The translations under genes were made by a program, and so were the position numbers. The notes under the pieces are model-generated. The model was not told where the DNA came from. It did no database searches and saw nothing but the letters and a program-made list of their open reading frames with translations. A DNA stretch of 64,000 nt from a virus. Where the stretch lies: positions 7,285 to 71,284 of the IMG/VR virus record IMGVR_UViG_3300007517_000007. The stretch is one strand, 5' to 3'. Each line of letters opens with the position of its first letter. Position 1 is the first letter of the stretch. Of this stretch, positions 1 to 9,947 are shown piece by piece.

Positions 1-1865
1 AGCGACGCCATGTCGGAACGGGTCACCGTCGACATGAGCGTCTGTTTCGGCACCGACTTCGCCCGGGCCTTCAACGAGTCGTCGGCACCCTGGAGATGCG
101 ACACGAACCTCGAACCGGCCTTGCGGAGAGCGAGGTCGACAGCCAGGTCGGCCTCAGCGACCAGGGCCTGCGTCAACGCCGCCAGGTTCTCCGGTCGGTC
201 CGGGACTTCGCTGCCGGAGGTGGCGTCGACGATGTCACCGTTCGCTGGTTGGTCACCTTTCGCGCCGGGCAACGCCGGGACGGTCGGCGCGAGACCGGCA
301 CCCGGCTCCTCACCCCCAGCGGTCGCGACACCGGCGATCGCTTCGAGGACGCCAGCGAGGTCGTAGTCCTCCCAGCCGGGCAGTTGCAGCAGCAGCGGGG
401 CGAACAGGATCGGGTTCGTCTCGATCAGCTGCCACACACGACGCTCGGTGCGTTGCTCGGGCGACGCGGCGTCGGCCTTGTCGAATCCGTTGGCGGACAG
501 GATGGCCTCGTCGGACAGCAGGTCGCGCATGTCGCGTGCTGACTGTGCTTCGTCGGCGCGTGCGGCGACCGGTGACGGATCGAACTCGACTTTCCAGGTG
601 AACGCTTCCTCCTCCGACATGCCCTCGAACGTGACGAGCATCGGGCGGAGGTAGTTCACGGTCAGGAAGTCGGCGAGCAGCTGGCCGATCGGTTGGATGT
701 GCTTCACCAGGAAGTCCTGGTCGATGATCGCTGACGTCCAGTGGTTCACTGACGCCCGACCCGACATCAGCTCCGGTGGGGCGTCGAGACCACGCGAGAG
801 CCGGGTCAGGGCTTCCACCCGGAGTTCCTGCGCCCAGCCGTCGAGTTCACGCGACAGCTCGATGACCTTGACGTACTGGCCTTCCTCGCCTTTGCCGACC
901 AGGATCAACGGGACCAGACGGGCAGCCGACAACGGATCCATCTGCGACTGGTTGACGTGCTCGTAGATTTCCTCGACGAGCTGGTCGATGTCGTACAGCA
1001 CTCCCTGCGAGCCGTCCGTCGCCAGTGACTCGGCGTCGTCGGTGTCGCCGACACCGTGCAACGTCATGCCTTCGGGGATGAACAGGATGTTCGCCGGGAT
1101 ACGCGACTTCACGGTGGCGTCGACCATCTGCGTCAACGACTTGATCTCGGCGACGATCGGCAACACCCGACGCACCTGGCAGTCGGCGAGATCCGAGTAG
1201 ATCGGCGACGAGGACAGGCAACGCGCCACGTACGTGTCGTCGTCGAGACGTTCGACGTCTTCGGATGTCATCCCCGACCGGCGGCGCACCAGGTGACCGT
1301 CGGCGTCCGGGTACAGCTCCATCGTCGACAGGAACTCCCACATGATCCCGGACCCGGTGTCGATCGGTGTGCCGACCAGGTGGCCTTCACCGGCGCAGAA
1401 CAGGTGATACGCGCCTTTGCGGATGACTTCGGAGTTTCCACCGTTCGGGCCGACCAACGCCTCCATGACCCCTTCGGGACGTGGGTCGTACTCGATGCCG
1501 TCGTCGTCGCGGTCGTTGACAGTCCAGCGGCCGGTTTCCTCGTCCCATTTCCGGACCGGGAATCCGCACAGGGCGGTGACGTTCGCTTGGAGTTGCAGCA
1601 TGTAGCCGAGTTCGGCGACAGCAAGCGGGGCCTCGTAGCATTTCTCCTGCCACACCCGGTCCTGCTGCGCCGTGTTCCGACGCCGACGGCGTTGCGGTCG
1701 GGTCTCGTCGCCGATCGTGCGGAGCGCAGCAGACGACACCTTCGGCGAGAACGTCGGGCGTTGCATCGCCAGCTCCGTCGACTTCGTCACAGGCGAACGC
1801 GAGAACAGGCTCAGCCGCTTCGCAGGTACGCCCGGTTCGAGAGGCGCAAGTCTGTCGCGAGCCAT
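1..1865 (-). CDS. Portal protein (3' end runs off the window; absent from the ORF track)
   Basis: Hand translation from ATG 1865 is open to the edge: MARDRLAPLE...WQEKCYE...AELGYMLQLQAN...EALTRLSRGLDAPPELMSG...VNHWTSAIID. This matches the layout of cluster-B-type actinophage portals. Confidence 0.8.
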   Translation of the reverse strand, partial: MARDRLAPLEPGVPAKRLSLFSRSPVTKSTELAMQRPTFSPKVSSAALRTIGDETRPQRRRRRNTAQQDRVWQEKCYEAPLAVAELGYMLQLQANVTALCGFPVRKWDEETGRWTVNDRDDDGIEYDPRPEGVMEALVGPNGGNSEVIRKGAYHLFCAGEGHLVGTPIDTGSGIMWEFLSTMELYPDADGHLVRRRSGMTSEDVERLDDDTYVARCLSSSPIYSDLADCQVRRVLPIVAEIKSLTQMVDATVKSRIPANILFIPEGMTLHGVGDTDDAESLATDGSQGVLYDIDQLVEEIYEHVNQSQMDPLSAARLVPLILVGKGEEGQYVKVIELSRELDGWAQELRVEALTRLSRGLDAPPELMSGRASVNHWTSAIIDQDFLVKHIQPIGQLLADFLTVNYLRPMLVTFEGMSEEEAFTWKVEFDPSPVAARADEAQSARDMRDLLSDEAILSANGFDKADAASPEQRTERRVWQLIETNPILFAPLLLQLPGWEDYDLAGVLEAIAGVATAGGEEPGAGLAPTVPALPGAKGDQPANGDIVDATSGSEVPDRPENLAALTQALVAEADLAVDLALRKAGSRFVSHLQGADDSLKARAKSVPKQTLMSTVTRSDMAS

Positions 1866-1887
1866 GACGACGAACTCTAGCCGTCGG

Positions 1888-2232
1888 TCACCGTCCGCCG
1901 TTGAACCTCGGATAGTGATCAGCGAACGCCGAGACGATCGTCGCCCCTGCCAGGCCCAGAACGAGTGGACGGGTGACACGGAACCGCAGCGCGAGGACGC
2001 ATCCGACCGTGAACCACACACCGACGCAATGCGGGCAGGTGATCAGGTCGAGCGCCCACGCCTTTGCGTTCATGCGGGGCCCGTCGATGATGTCGGGCTC
2101 GCCGACGACGAACACCGGCTTCGCCAGCCAGTCCTCCAACGGTTCCCGGACCGGTTCGCCGATCTGCTCGTACATCCACGCCCGCACCAGGCGGGTACCG
2201 GCCAACCCGGCCACGATCACCGTCTGGATCAT
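1888..2232 (-). CDS. DUF1360-like membrane protein
   Basis: TRL..AW.YEQI..P.R and LITCPHCVGVW motifs, plus hydrophobic segments. Confidence 0.7.
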   Translation of the reverse strand: MIQTVIVAGLAGTRLVRAWMYEQIGEPVREPLEDWLAKPVFVVGEPDIIDGPRMNAKAWALDLITCPHCVGVWFTVGCVLALRFRVTRPLVLGLAGATIVSAFADHYPRFNGGR

Positions 2233-2621
2233 CGTGCAGGCAACGCAGGGACACCCGGGCGGGCGTCGGGGCGGACGGTGACACCAGGGACGTTCCTGGT
2301 GCGTTTGCGGGGCACTGGTGGCTCCATGCGGAACGTGCCGCGGTACTCGTCGCGTAGGGTTTCACGGTTCAGGCGGCGGGTCTCACCGGCCCACCACAGA
2401 ATCGTCCGCCAGTTCCACGCTCGGGAGCCGTTCACGGCCTCGTAGTCCGGTTGCGGCAGCCGACCCCTCTGGATCATCTTGTGCACCGAACGGTCGAGTA
2501 CGCCGAGCCGGTCGGCGATCTCGATGACACCGACCGGGTCTGTCTCACACTCGCCGTCAGGCAACCTCGGGAGAGGTTCCCGGAACTCGTAGATGATGTC
2601 GTCGTCGAGGCGGGAAGTCAT
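2229..2621 (-). CDS. AlpA/excisionase-like HTH DNA-binding protein
   Basis: VGVIEIADRLGVLDRSVHKMIQRGRLPQPD...AWNWRTIL. Confidence 0.7.
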   Translation of the reverse strand: MTSRLDDDIIYEFREPLPRLPDGECETDPVGVIEIADRLGVLDRSVHKMIQRGRLPQPDYEAVNGSRAWNWRTILWWAGETRRLNRETLRDEYRGTFRMEPPVPRKRTRNVPGVTVRPDARPGVPALPAR

Positions 2622-2649
2622 ATAGCCCTTGATTGTATCACAGTGTGGG

Positions 2650-4707
2650 TCACTTGTCGGTTCCTAGCGCTCGTCGTAGCAGGATGGACAGAACGTCGTC
2701 GAATGTTGACTCCGAAGCGATCGACATGCGGTCGCCGTCGGTCACCGCTGCCATCTCGGCGCGTTTGCCGTCGAGGACGTCCATGCGGACCTCGTCGATC
2801 GTTCCGGCGCACACCAGGTAGTGGGCGGTGATGTTGTGCGGGTCGTTCATCCGCATCCAGGCGCGCCCGTCGGCTTGCAGGTGATCGCCGGGTGACCAGC
2901 GCAGCTCGGCGTGCAGGACGTGGTACGCCTCCGTCAGGGTGAGGCCTTCGCCGCCGGACTGGTACTGGAGGATGATGCCCTGGAGATCCTCGCCGGTGCC
3001 CTGGAACTGTTCGACGATCCGGTCACGTTCGGAGCGTTTCACACCGCCACGGATCTGCGGCCACCCGGTCGCCTCGTGGAGAGCGTCCATCATCAGTACC
3101 CGTTCAGCGAACACCAGGATCTTGTCGCCGGACGCCTCGAAGTCGCCGATCCACTCGCGCGCCGGTTTGATCTTCGCCCGGTTGGCGACACCGACCAGAG
3201 TGTTGACGACCATCAGGTGCTGCGCCTTGTCCAGCTTCATCGCGGCCTCGACCGCAGCCGACTCCGGATCCTTGCCGAGCGCGATGGCTTTCTCCCGGGC
3301 CTTGCCGGTCAGGTACGCCCAGATGTTCGCCTCCGCCTCGCGGTACTCGGCCATCACCTTCGGGTCACCGTCGATGGAGATGCGGTTCTCGACCGGGTCG
3401 ATCGAGCCGTCGGCGTTCACGACACCGAGCGACACGAGCACTTCCTTCGGGTCGGGTCGCCACGCGCACACCGTCCGCATCCGTCGCGACAGGCGTTCGT
3501 CCTCGCGCAACTGTTTCTTGTCGCCGAACTCGCCTTCGCGACCGATGAACGCCAACTGCGGGGCCAGGTCAGCGCGACGGTTCCGGACAGGTGTCGCGGT
3601 CAGGATGAACCGGGCGGCCTCGTACGGCATCGACTCCGAAATCTTGATCGCGGCCTTCGTCCAGCGCGCCGACGGGTTCGCCAGTCGGTGGCCTTCGTCG
3701 GCGATGACGGCGAGGAGCCCGACGTCCATGAAGAACTCGCACCAGTAGTGCAGGACGTCGTAGTTGCAGATCCACACGTCGGGCATGTGCAGCATGGCCG
3801 CAGGGGTCCGACCCTCGCAGACGTGCACGGAACGGTCGGGCAGGATCGCCGCGAACTCTTTGACCCAGTTCGTCTTCAACCCGGACGGCGGAATGATCAA
3901 CGCCGGGAACGCGTCGAGTTGTTCGAGCGCGACCGCAGCGACGGTGGTCTTGCCTGCCCCGGTGGTCGCCCACGCAAAGGCGCGCACCGATCGGGTGAGG
4001 TACTCGACGCCGGGGATCTGGAACTCGCGTGCGTGCAGGTCACGGGTGACGGTGTCGGCGATCTCGAACCCGGACGTGTTCTTCAACGCCCTCGACAAGC
4101 GGAGCATCTCAGCGGCTTCGTCGAGACGGTCCATCAGGTCATTGCGGTCGCCGACGAACTTGATCCGACCGAGTTTCTGGAGGTCGAAGATCACGTCGAG
4201 CGCCAACTCGTACGGGATGAACCAGCGACCCGACCGGCGTTCGTACGTCGCGCCGCCCTCCGAGAGCACCTTCCAGGTCTCCTCACGGTACGCGCCGATC
4301 AGGACGAGCTGCTCACCCTCAGCCGACACCAGCAACGGGACGTCACCCGGGTCCATGTCCGGGATCGCTTTGACGGCCTCCGATTCCTCCCAGCCGTGCA
4401 GCTGCGAGAGGTGGCGGACCTGTCGGACGTTGCCGATGTGGACCAGCCAGGACATGCGGCTCGTGTCGAACTTCGGTGGTGGCATCTCGTGCGCGCCGTG
4501 GATCGACTTGATCGCCCGCACGAACGGAAGGTGCCTGTGCGAGAACGTCGCGACCAGCCAGGTGCCGTCGAGCGTCACGACACCGCGCGCTTTCTCGCCG
4601 GAGGTCGGTCGGTCGTTCGACGGGACGAACCCGATGTCGGGCCGGTTACCGAACGGGCGACGCGCCGTCGGCCGTTGCGCGAAGAACGGTAGGTGCTGAT
4701 CGCTCAC
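2650..4707 (-). CDS. SNF2-family (SF2) helicase
   Basis: TTGAGKT, DEGH, LTATP, GGEGLTLT and QADGRAWR motifs; GTG at 4707 overlaps the upstream stop. Confidence 0.9.
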   Translation of the reverse strand: MSDQHLPFFAQRPTARRPFGNRPDIGFVPSNDRPTSGEKARGVVTLDGTWLVATFSHRHLPFVRAIKSIHGAHEMPPPKFDTSRMSWLVHIGNVRQVRHLSQLHGWEESEAVKAIPDMDPGDVPLLVSAEGEQLVLIGAYREETWKVLSEGGATYERRSGRWFIPYELALDVIFDLQKLGRIKFVGDRNDLMDRLDEAAEMLRLSRALKNTSGFEIADTVTRDLHAREFQIPGVEYLTRSVRAFAWATTGAGKTTVAAVALEQLDAFPALIIPPSGLKTNWVKEFAAILPDRSVHVCEGRTPAAMLHMPDVWICNYDVLHYWCEFFMDVGLLAVIADEGHRLANPSARWTKAAIKISESMPYEAARFILTATPVRNRRADLAPQLAFIGREGEFGDKKQLREDERLSRRMRTVCAWRPDPKEVLVSLGVVNADGSIDPVENRISIDGDPKVMAEYREAEANIWAYLTGKAREKAIALGKDPESAAVEAAMKLDKAQHLMVVNTLVGVANRAKIKPAREWIGDFEASGDKILVFAERVLMMDALHEATGWPQIRGGVKRSERDRIVEQFQGTGEDLQGIILQYQSGGEGLTLTEAYHVLHAELRWSPGDHLQADGRAWMRMNDPHNITAHYLVCAGTIDEVRMDVLDGKRAEMAAVTDGDRMSIASESTFDDVLSILLRRALGTDK

Positions 4708-4934
4708 AGCTCGGCGTCGATGCCGGGGTCGATGTGTGCATGGCGGACCTCGTCGTGCTTCACCAGCATGATCGACTGGCCTTTCCACGAGATGGCCGAC
4801 ACACCGAAGTCGGAGTCGATGAACTCGTCGAAGAACAGGGCGAGACGTTCGGCCTTCGCGTCGCCGTGCTCGTCGACCAGTGCCTTACCATCGACCGGTC
4901 CCGGTTGGCTCGCCACGAACACGTCGACACTCAT
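4704..4934 (-). CDS. Hypothetical protein, leaderless
   Basis: ATG lies 7 nt after the TACAGT -10 of the promoter at 4942-4962; coupled to the helicase. Confidence 0.6.
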   Translation of the reverse strand: MSVDVFVASQPGPVDGKALVDEHGDAKAERLALFFDEFIDSDFGVSAISWKGQSIMLVKHDEVRHAHIDPGIDAEL

Positions 4935-5296
4935 GGAGCAGACTGTACGTCATCGTGCGACAAGGCGTTGCGGAAGTCGTCGATGCCGGTGCGCCACGCG
5001 ATGGCGTTCGTGCCGTTCGGGTCGTACGCAGACGGGAGTTCGACCGACAGCCCGTCGAGCGATCCGGCGATCACAGTCTCGAAGAACCGGCACAGCTTGT
5101 CGAGGTCGGACCAGTTGAGCGTGTGCAGCTCGCCGTCGGCACCGTACGTGTAGATGTGTTCCGGGTCGACGTTCGACGACCCGTCGTTCGGGTACGCGTC
5201 CAGGAACTCACGCACTCGTCGGGCGGCATCAGTAGTCATAGTCATCGTCCTCGTCGGTTTGGGAGCACTGGCCGTTGAGGCAAGCGCCGTCATCAT
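4931..5296 (-). CDS. Hypothetical protein (start uncertain, possibly ~5239)
   Basis: Fills the operon with overlaps on both sides. Confidence 0.5.
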   Translation of the reverse strand: MMTALASTASAPKPTRTMTMTTDAARRVREFLDAYPNDGSSNVDPEHIYTYGADGELHTLNWSDLDKLCRFFETVIAGSLDGLSVELPSAYDPNGTNAIAWRTGIDDFRNALSHDDVQSAP

Positions 5297-5858
5297 CGGA
5301 GCATTCTTCGCACACGAACTCGTCGCACTCCGGGCATCGGGTGTCGATCAGGTCTTCGCCGTGCACGACCTCGCCGCCGATCATGTACCCGGCCGGGGCG
5401 GAGCAGTTCTGATTGACGACGCAGCATGTGCCTTCGGTCTCGCGGCCGTCCTCGTCGACGGCGGCTACGACCTCGGTCTCGTCGAGGGCTTCACGCAGAG
5501 TCCACAACGCAACGTCTGCGTTGTGTTCGAGGAGTTCGTCGAGGTTGACCATCCCGATGCGTTCCATGACCCGCAGCATCTGCGTGGACCGTTCGGCTCG
5601 TAGCAGCACCAGAGCAGCACCGGCGCACTCGACCGACTTCGAGTAGTCGACGCCGTCGTCGGTGTCGAGTTCGTCGTAGTCGTCGCCTTGATCAGCGCCG
5701 CTGAGGGTCTCATGGCACGGGAACGTCGAGTCGGCGAGCATGTCGCGCATGATCCCGGCGCGCCGCCCGGGACGCAGGTAGTCGTCGTCGCCCTTGAACT
5801 TCACGCGCCACGGGCACTTCGCGCACGGTGTCGATGTGACAGCTTTCTTCGCAGTCAT
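5229..5858 (-). CDS. Cys-rich protein (DUF6283-like) with C-terminal zinc finger
   Basis: PCAKCPW...FPCHE...CAG; CPEC...CEEC. Confidence 0.55.
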   Translation of the reverse strand: MTAKKAVTSTPCAKCPWRVKFKGDDDYLRPGRRAGIMRDMLADSTFPCHETLSGADQGDDYDELDTDDGVDYSKSVECAGAALVLLRAERSTQMLRVMERIGMVNLDELLEHNADVALWTLREALDETEVVAAVDEDGRETEGTCCVVNQNCSAPAGYMIGGEVVHGEDLIDTRCPECDEFVCEECSDDDGACLNGQCSQTDEDDDYDY

Positions 5859-6190
5859 CGGGTCACCAGCGTCCTTTCCGGGTTCCAGAGTTCGACCCAA
5901 ATGCGATGCTCGTCGGCCCAGTCGTAGAACGCGTCCCAGATGATGTCGAAGTCGTCCTCGGTCTGGACGTCGGACATCTCGTCGACGATCCACCAGAGAT
6001 CCTCGTCGAAGTCGTCGCGCCCGTGATCCTCGACGTACCGGCTGAGCATCTTGATGCGGCCGACGATCAGGTCGCGCCGGTTGTACGGCGGGCCGGGCAA
6101 CGCAACTTCCTTCGCGGTTGGCGCGAACGGCATGTTGTCGTTCTTCCAGATGTCGGCCAGGTTGAGTAGCGAGTACCAGGGACGGTTCAT
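5855..6190 (-). CDS. Hypothetical acidic phage protein
   Basis: ATGA overlaps at both ends; FDIIWDAFYDWADEHRIWV. Confidence 0.6.
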   Translation of the reverse strand: MNRPWYSLLNLADIWKNDNMPFAPTAKEVALPGPPYNRRDLIVGRIKMLSRYVEDHGRDDFDEDLWWIVDEMSDVQTEDDFDIIWDAFYDWADEHRIWVELWNPERTLVTR

Positions 6191-7746
6191 GCCGGGACCA
6201 GCATTTCGAGTTGGGCGGCGGAGAGCCGGAACGATGAGAAGGGGCTGCCAGCGGGCGGAGCACCGAGGAGAACCCGGGCGGCCTTGACGGTGGCCTTTGC
6301 GAGCAGCTCCCGGCGGCGCTCGTCTTCCCACACCCGGTTGATGCAGGTGTCGCAGTAGAACTCGTCTCGGTAGCCCCGGCCGTGGCCGTTGGCGCAGACC
6401 AGCTTGCCGCAACCGTCGCAGGGCGACTCGGCGGCGGGCCGGGTGCAGCGGGCGGCGGAGCACACCGGCAGGGGTGCGCCGTCGGCGTCGAGTTCGACCA
6501 TCTTGACCCGTTCGAGGGTGGTGGTCTTGCCGTAGTCGACGCTGTCGTCGTGGGAGCGGACCTTGCCGACCATCTTGACCTTGTCGCCGGTCGCCCAGCC
6601 GAACACGGTGTTGCCGGAACCGTACGTCGTGACCCGGTCGCCGTCGGCGGTCAGGATCGTGACCCGAGCCTTCGAGCCGTACGTGCCTTCGTAGACGTTG
6701 TAGAAGACGACTTCGCCGGTGACCTCGATCTTGCCGTCGACCTCGCCGACGAACCCGCCGAGCACCCGTGCCTCAGCGTCAGCCTTGCGCTTCGCGTCAC
6801 GCTCGGCGACCAGGCCGATGTGGCGGTCGTGGGAGAACGGGAGAGCGGCGAGGATCCCGGCGTGGCGTGAACCGACCTCGACCGGGTTGCCGCCAAGGGC
6901 GACGCTCGCAGAGCGGAGGAAGTCGGTGCCGGTGCCCTCAGCGAGCCAGGCGGCGATCGCTGCGGCCTTGACCCGGCCCCGGTCCATGTCGATCTCATTG
7001 GCGAGTTCGGCGGCGAGCGCACGGTCGGCCTTCGAGGCGGTCAGCCCGATGATCCCGATCGACGTGGTCAGTTCCCTCGTGGAGTTCGTGTCGGCGGAGC
7101 GGGCGAACCCGAAGTAGCGGGTCAGCTCGGCGGCGAGAGCGACGAACTCGACGGGGTCGAGCGACGGGCGGACGGTGGTCCCGAAGTCGTCGTCGTCGGA
7201 GACCGACGCAACGAACTCGGACAGCATCAGGATGGTGCGGGGGTCGACACCGAGGTACTCCAGGACGCAGCCGGTGCCGACGGCGATGGTGCGGCCGTCG
7301 TCGTGGAGGAACACGATCGTGTTGTTCCGGGTGCGCTTCGTGCCGCAGTGGTCGCAGACCGGGCCACGGGTGCGGAGTTCGTCGGAGATGGCGGGGGCGG
7401 TGTCTTCGTCGGTGTGGCCGGGGAAGCGGGCGACGAACGCCTCGTCAGGCGAGACGGTCCAGTCGAGGACCGCAACACCGGTCCAGCCGTCGGCCTTCGC
7501 CTCGAAACCCTTGACCGTGACGGTCTCCCATGCCGGGTACGTCGCCTTCGGGCCGGAGGTGAGTTCGTTGCCTTCGACCGGGTACTCGATGTGGACGACC
7601 GGGCCGAACTCGACGGTGGGGGCGGGCACGCCCATCTTCGCGAGGCGCTTCGTGAGGGCCTTCAACTTGCGGGCGATGCGCTCACCGAACGCCGTCGGGA
7701 CTTCCTCGACGGTGGACTCAACTGGCTCGTACGTGATGGTGGGCAT
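6187..7746 (-). CDS. Conserved phage protein with CxxC zinc motifs and a possible OB-fold
   Basis: CDHC..R.RN...VGTGC; beta-rich region; C-terminal Cys cluster; RBS and its own promoter. Confidence 0.65.
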   Translation of the reverse strand: MPTITYEPVESTVEEVPTAFGERIARKLKALTKRLAKMGVPAPTVEFGPVVHIEYPVEGNELTSGPKATYPAWETVTVKGFEAKADGWTGVAVLDWTVSPDEAFVARFPGHTDEDTAPAISDELRTRGPVCDHCGTKRTRNNTIVFLHDDGRTIAVGTGCVLEYLGVDPRTILMLSEFVASVSDDDDFGTTVRPSLDPVEFVALAAELTRYFGFARSADTNSTRELTTSIGIIGLTASKADRALAAELANEIDMDRGRVKAAAIAAWLAEGTGTDFLRSASVALGGNPVEVGSRHAGILAALPFSHDRHIGLVAERDAKRKADAEARVLGGFVGEVDGKIEVTGEVVFYNVYEGTYGSKARVTILTADGDRVTTYGSGNTVFGWATGDKVKMVGKVRSHDDSVDYGKTTTLERVKMVELDADGAPLPVCSAARCTRPAAESPCDGCGKLVCANGHGRGYRDEFYCDTCINRVWEDERRRELLAKATVKAARVLLGAPPAGSPFSSFRLSAAQLEMLVPA

Positions 7747-7760
7747 TTCGATCCTTCCTC

Positions 7761-7798
7761 GATCCGACAAGGTAAGTGTACCACGGTGTGCGACGTTT
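7761..7798 (-). promoter_or_regulatory. Long early promoter cassette, copy 1
   Basis: CGTCGC-N9-TACACT...TGTCGGATC followed by an RBS; near-identical to 8563-8600 and 47962-47999. Confidence 0.85.
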
Positions 7799-7823
7799 CC
7801 ACCGTTTGGTGGTCGCGTGATCG

Positions 7824-8027
7824 TCAGGACGCAGCGACCGGACGGACCATCACTGACCCGGCCGGGCGGACCACGCGCAGCAGCCCGTTCGCGTGCTGCG
7901 TGCACACGATTTTGATCTCCTCGCGTGGTGTGCCCTGGTTGAGCGTGACGACCTTCGTTGCATCACGGGAGCACTTGTTCGGCGACCAGTAGCCGCCGCT
8001 GCGAAGTATCAGCGACTGGCAGCGCAT
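7824..8027 (-). CDS. Small hypothetical protein
   Basis: ATG 8027 coupled to the upstream stop. Confidence 0.45.
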   Translation of the reverse strand: MRCQSLILRSGGYWSPNKCSRDATKVVTLNQGTPREEIKIVCTQHANGLLRVVRPAGSVMVRPVAAS

Positions 8028-8545
8028 CAGGCGTACACGCTCGCCGGTGCAGGACGCTCGAACCGGTCGACGCCGTCGGCGGTGTGGATGTTGACCGCCC
8101 CGTAGAACTTCACGTCGAAGTAGTCGATCATCGACTCTGAACCGTCGTGGTTGTACGACGACACGAGCGGATCGAGCACGGCCCGGACGGCCTTCGTCTC
8201 GGCGGTCGCCGTGTCGCACCAGCGGATCTCGTGACGCTCACCGGGGCTCAGCGACAGGTTCATCCAGTCACCGTCGAAGTAGTCGGGCGCAGGCACCTCG
8301 ATCACTCGGGGCTCCGAACCGGCCCAGATGATCGCTGGTTCCATCAGCATCGTGGAGCGGGGCGACGTGGCGGTGACGTCGATCGCTCGCATCATGGAGC
8401 CGGTGCGGTAGCGGACGCTGAACTTCCAGTCGGCGGGGAGTTCCCCGGCCTTGACAAGCGTCTTGATCTTCGCACGGATGAGCGCGGCGTCTTCCTTGAC
8501 GGGGCGATCCCCGTCGTAATTGTCACCGTAAGAGCGTTCGTACAT
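8027..8545 (-). CDS. LPD29-like (large polyvalent protein-associated domain) protein
   Basis: IRAKIK...KFSVR...AIDV...YNHDGSESMIDYFDVKFY; RBS AGGAAGGA. Confidence 0.6.
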   Translation of the reverse strand: MYERSYGDNYDGDRPVKEDAALIRAKIKTLVKAGELPADWKFSVRYRTGSMMRAIDVTATSPRSTMLMEPAIIWAGSEPRVIEVPAPDYFDGDWMNLSLSPGERHEIRWCDTATAETKAVRAVLDPLVSSYNHDGSESMIDYFDVKFYGAVNIHTADGVDRFERPAPASVYA

Positions 8546-8562
8546 GGTGGTCCTTCCTGGTT

Positions 8563-8600
8563 GATCCGACATGGTAAGTGTACCACGGTGTGCGACGTTT
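8563..8600 (-). promoter_or_regulatory. Long early promoter cassette, copy 2
   Basis: 38-nt near-identical repeat of 7761-7798. Confidence 0.85.
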
Positions 8601-9306
8601 AGTCGTGGTTCGGGATCTTTCCGGACTCGAACATCTCGGCGATCATCTCACCGACCACCCGGCGGCACGCTTCGATCAGGGTGGTGCGGACGGTCGTCGG
8701 ATCGTCGTCGGTGTAGAAACCGAGCACGAAGTCGAGTTCCTCGACGGTCAGCGTCGTCGGGACTGCCAGGTCCGTCGGGTGCTTCGAGCGTGAGACATCG
8801 CGCGCTTCGCAGGTCGACTCCTCGCGTGCGAATCGTTGCGCCCAACCGCGTGAAGCGTCGACGGCTTCGGTCAACGTGTCGAACACACCGCCCTCGTGCT
8901 CCCACACTGCGCCGTGGTCGCGACCGTGCAACGCAACGAACGCCTGGAACCGGCCGTCAGCGGCATCGACGAACCAGTCGTACCCGTCGACGGTGCCGTT
9001 CACGATCGAGTTAGTCACCCCGCTGCGGCCGGTCTCCGCTATGTCGATCGCGCAGTCTTCGCAGAACAAGAACTCGTCGGTGTCGACGAACCGGAACGTG
9101 TACGCCGAGCGGCACACTTCGTTCTCGTCGAGGTAGTAGCCGATGGGCTGAGGCAGGTCGCCGATGCGGAGCCCGGCGCAACTGCGGCCACGGTCGCAGA
9201 GCAGGTTGTCGACCTCGGTGCAAATCCGGCATTCGTTGGCGTCGTGCTGGTTGCACAGGGTCAGGTCGACCTCGATCATCTCGATCGCTGAGTTGGGGTT
9301 GGTCAT
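8599..9306 (-). CDS. Hypothetical Cys-rich protein
   Basis: ORF with RBS, downstream of the promoter at 9323-9357. Confidence 0.6.
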   Translation of the reverse strand: MTNPNSAIEMIEVDLTLCNQHDANECRICTEVDNLLCDRGRSCAGLRIGDLPQPIGYYLDENEVCRSAYTFRFVDTDEFLFCEDCAIDIAETGRSGVTNSIVNGTVDGYDWFVDAADGRFQAFVALHGRDHGAVWEHEGGVFDTLTEAVDASRGWAQRFAREESTCEARDVSRSKHPTDLAVPTTLTVEELDFVLGFYTDDDPTTVRTTLIEACRRVVGEMIAEMFESGKIPNHD

Positions 9307-9322
9307 CTGGTTTCCTTCCGTA

Positions 9323-9357
9323 GATCCGACACCACCAGTGTATCACGGTGTGCGACA
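9323..9357 (-). promoter_or_regulatory. Long early promoter cassette, copy 3
   Basis: TGTCGC-N9-TACACT...TGTCGGATC. Confidence 0.8.
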
Positions 9358-9359
9358 GA

Positions 9360-9947
9360 TCAGGTGCCGAATCCGCGTCGGGATCCGACCTCGTTGTTCC
9401 AGAACTTCGCCGAGCACGCCGGGCACAACGGACCGGACCGGCCGTTGGCGTCAGTCACGCCAACGCAGCGTGGTGTCATGCACACCCCTGACCACGGATC
9501 CCACCCGGACGGCGGTGTGAGGTGAGCGTTGCGTTCGACGACCCACTGGCACATCGCTAGGAGCCGCCACTGCGCGAGGGTGGATCGTTCGGCGCGCCGC
9601 CACACCTTCATGAAGAATCGCAGATGGTGTGAGCACAGTCGCAGGAAGTGGGCCGGTTCCTCGCAGTCACCGACGGCGCACCACACCGTGGCCGGGATCC
9701 GATGCTCGACGCGTGCGATCTCATCCCACAACGCCATCGGTGACGTATACATCGAGGCGAACAGTTCGTGAGCGTTCCAGACGTGCCGGTAGGAGATCAA
9801 CCCGAGGTAGCCGGGCTGGACACGAATGTCGCCGGAGTGCACCAGACCCCGGATTGTTTGCGCGCTGACTCCGAACACAAGCGCGACTGTGCGGCAGCCG
9901 ATCAGTTTCGGCGGCGCGATGACGATCGGATCAGGTGCCGCCGCCAT
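9360..9947 (-). CDS. HTH and Cys/His-rich putative regulator
   Basis: [19 protein letters not shown] helix-turn-helix; C...C...LCSHH; LCPAC. Confidence 0.55.
   Translation of the reverse strand: MAAAPDPIVIAPPKLIGCRTVALVFGVSAQTIRGLVHSGDIRVQPGYLGLISYRHVWNAHELFASMYTSPMALWDEIARVEHRIPATVWCAVGDCEEPAHFLRLCSHHLRFFMKVWRRAERSTLAQWRLLAMCQWVVERNAHLTPPSGWDPWSGVCMTPRCVGVTDANGRSGPLCPACSAKFWNNEVGSRRGFGT

Noticed and set aside
7775-7795. Recurrent motif as a LexA/SOS box
   Set aside because: It does not match TCGAAC-N4-GTTCGA; fixed spacing to TAnnnT and start codons fits a promoter.
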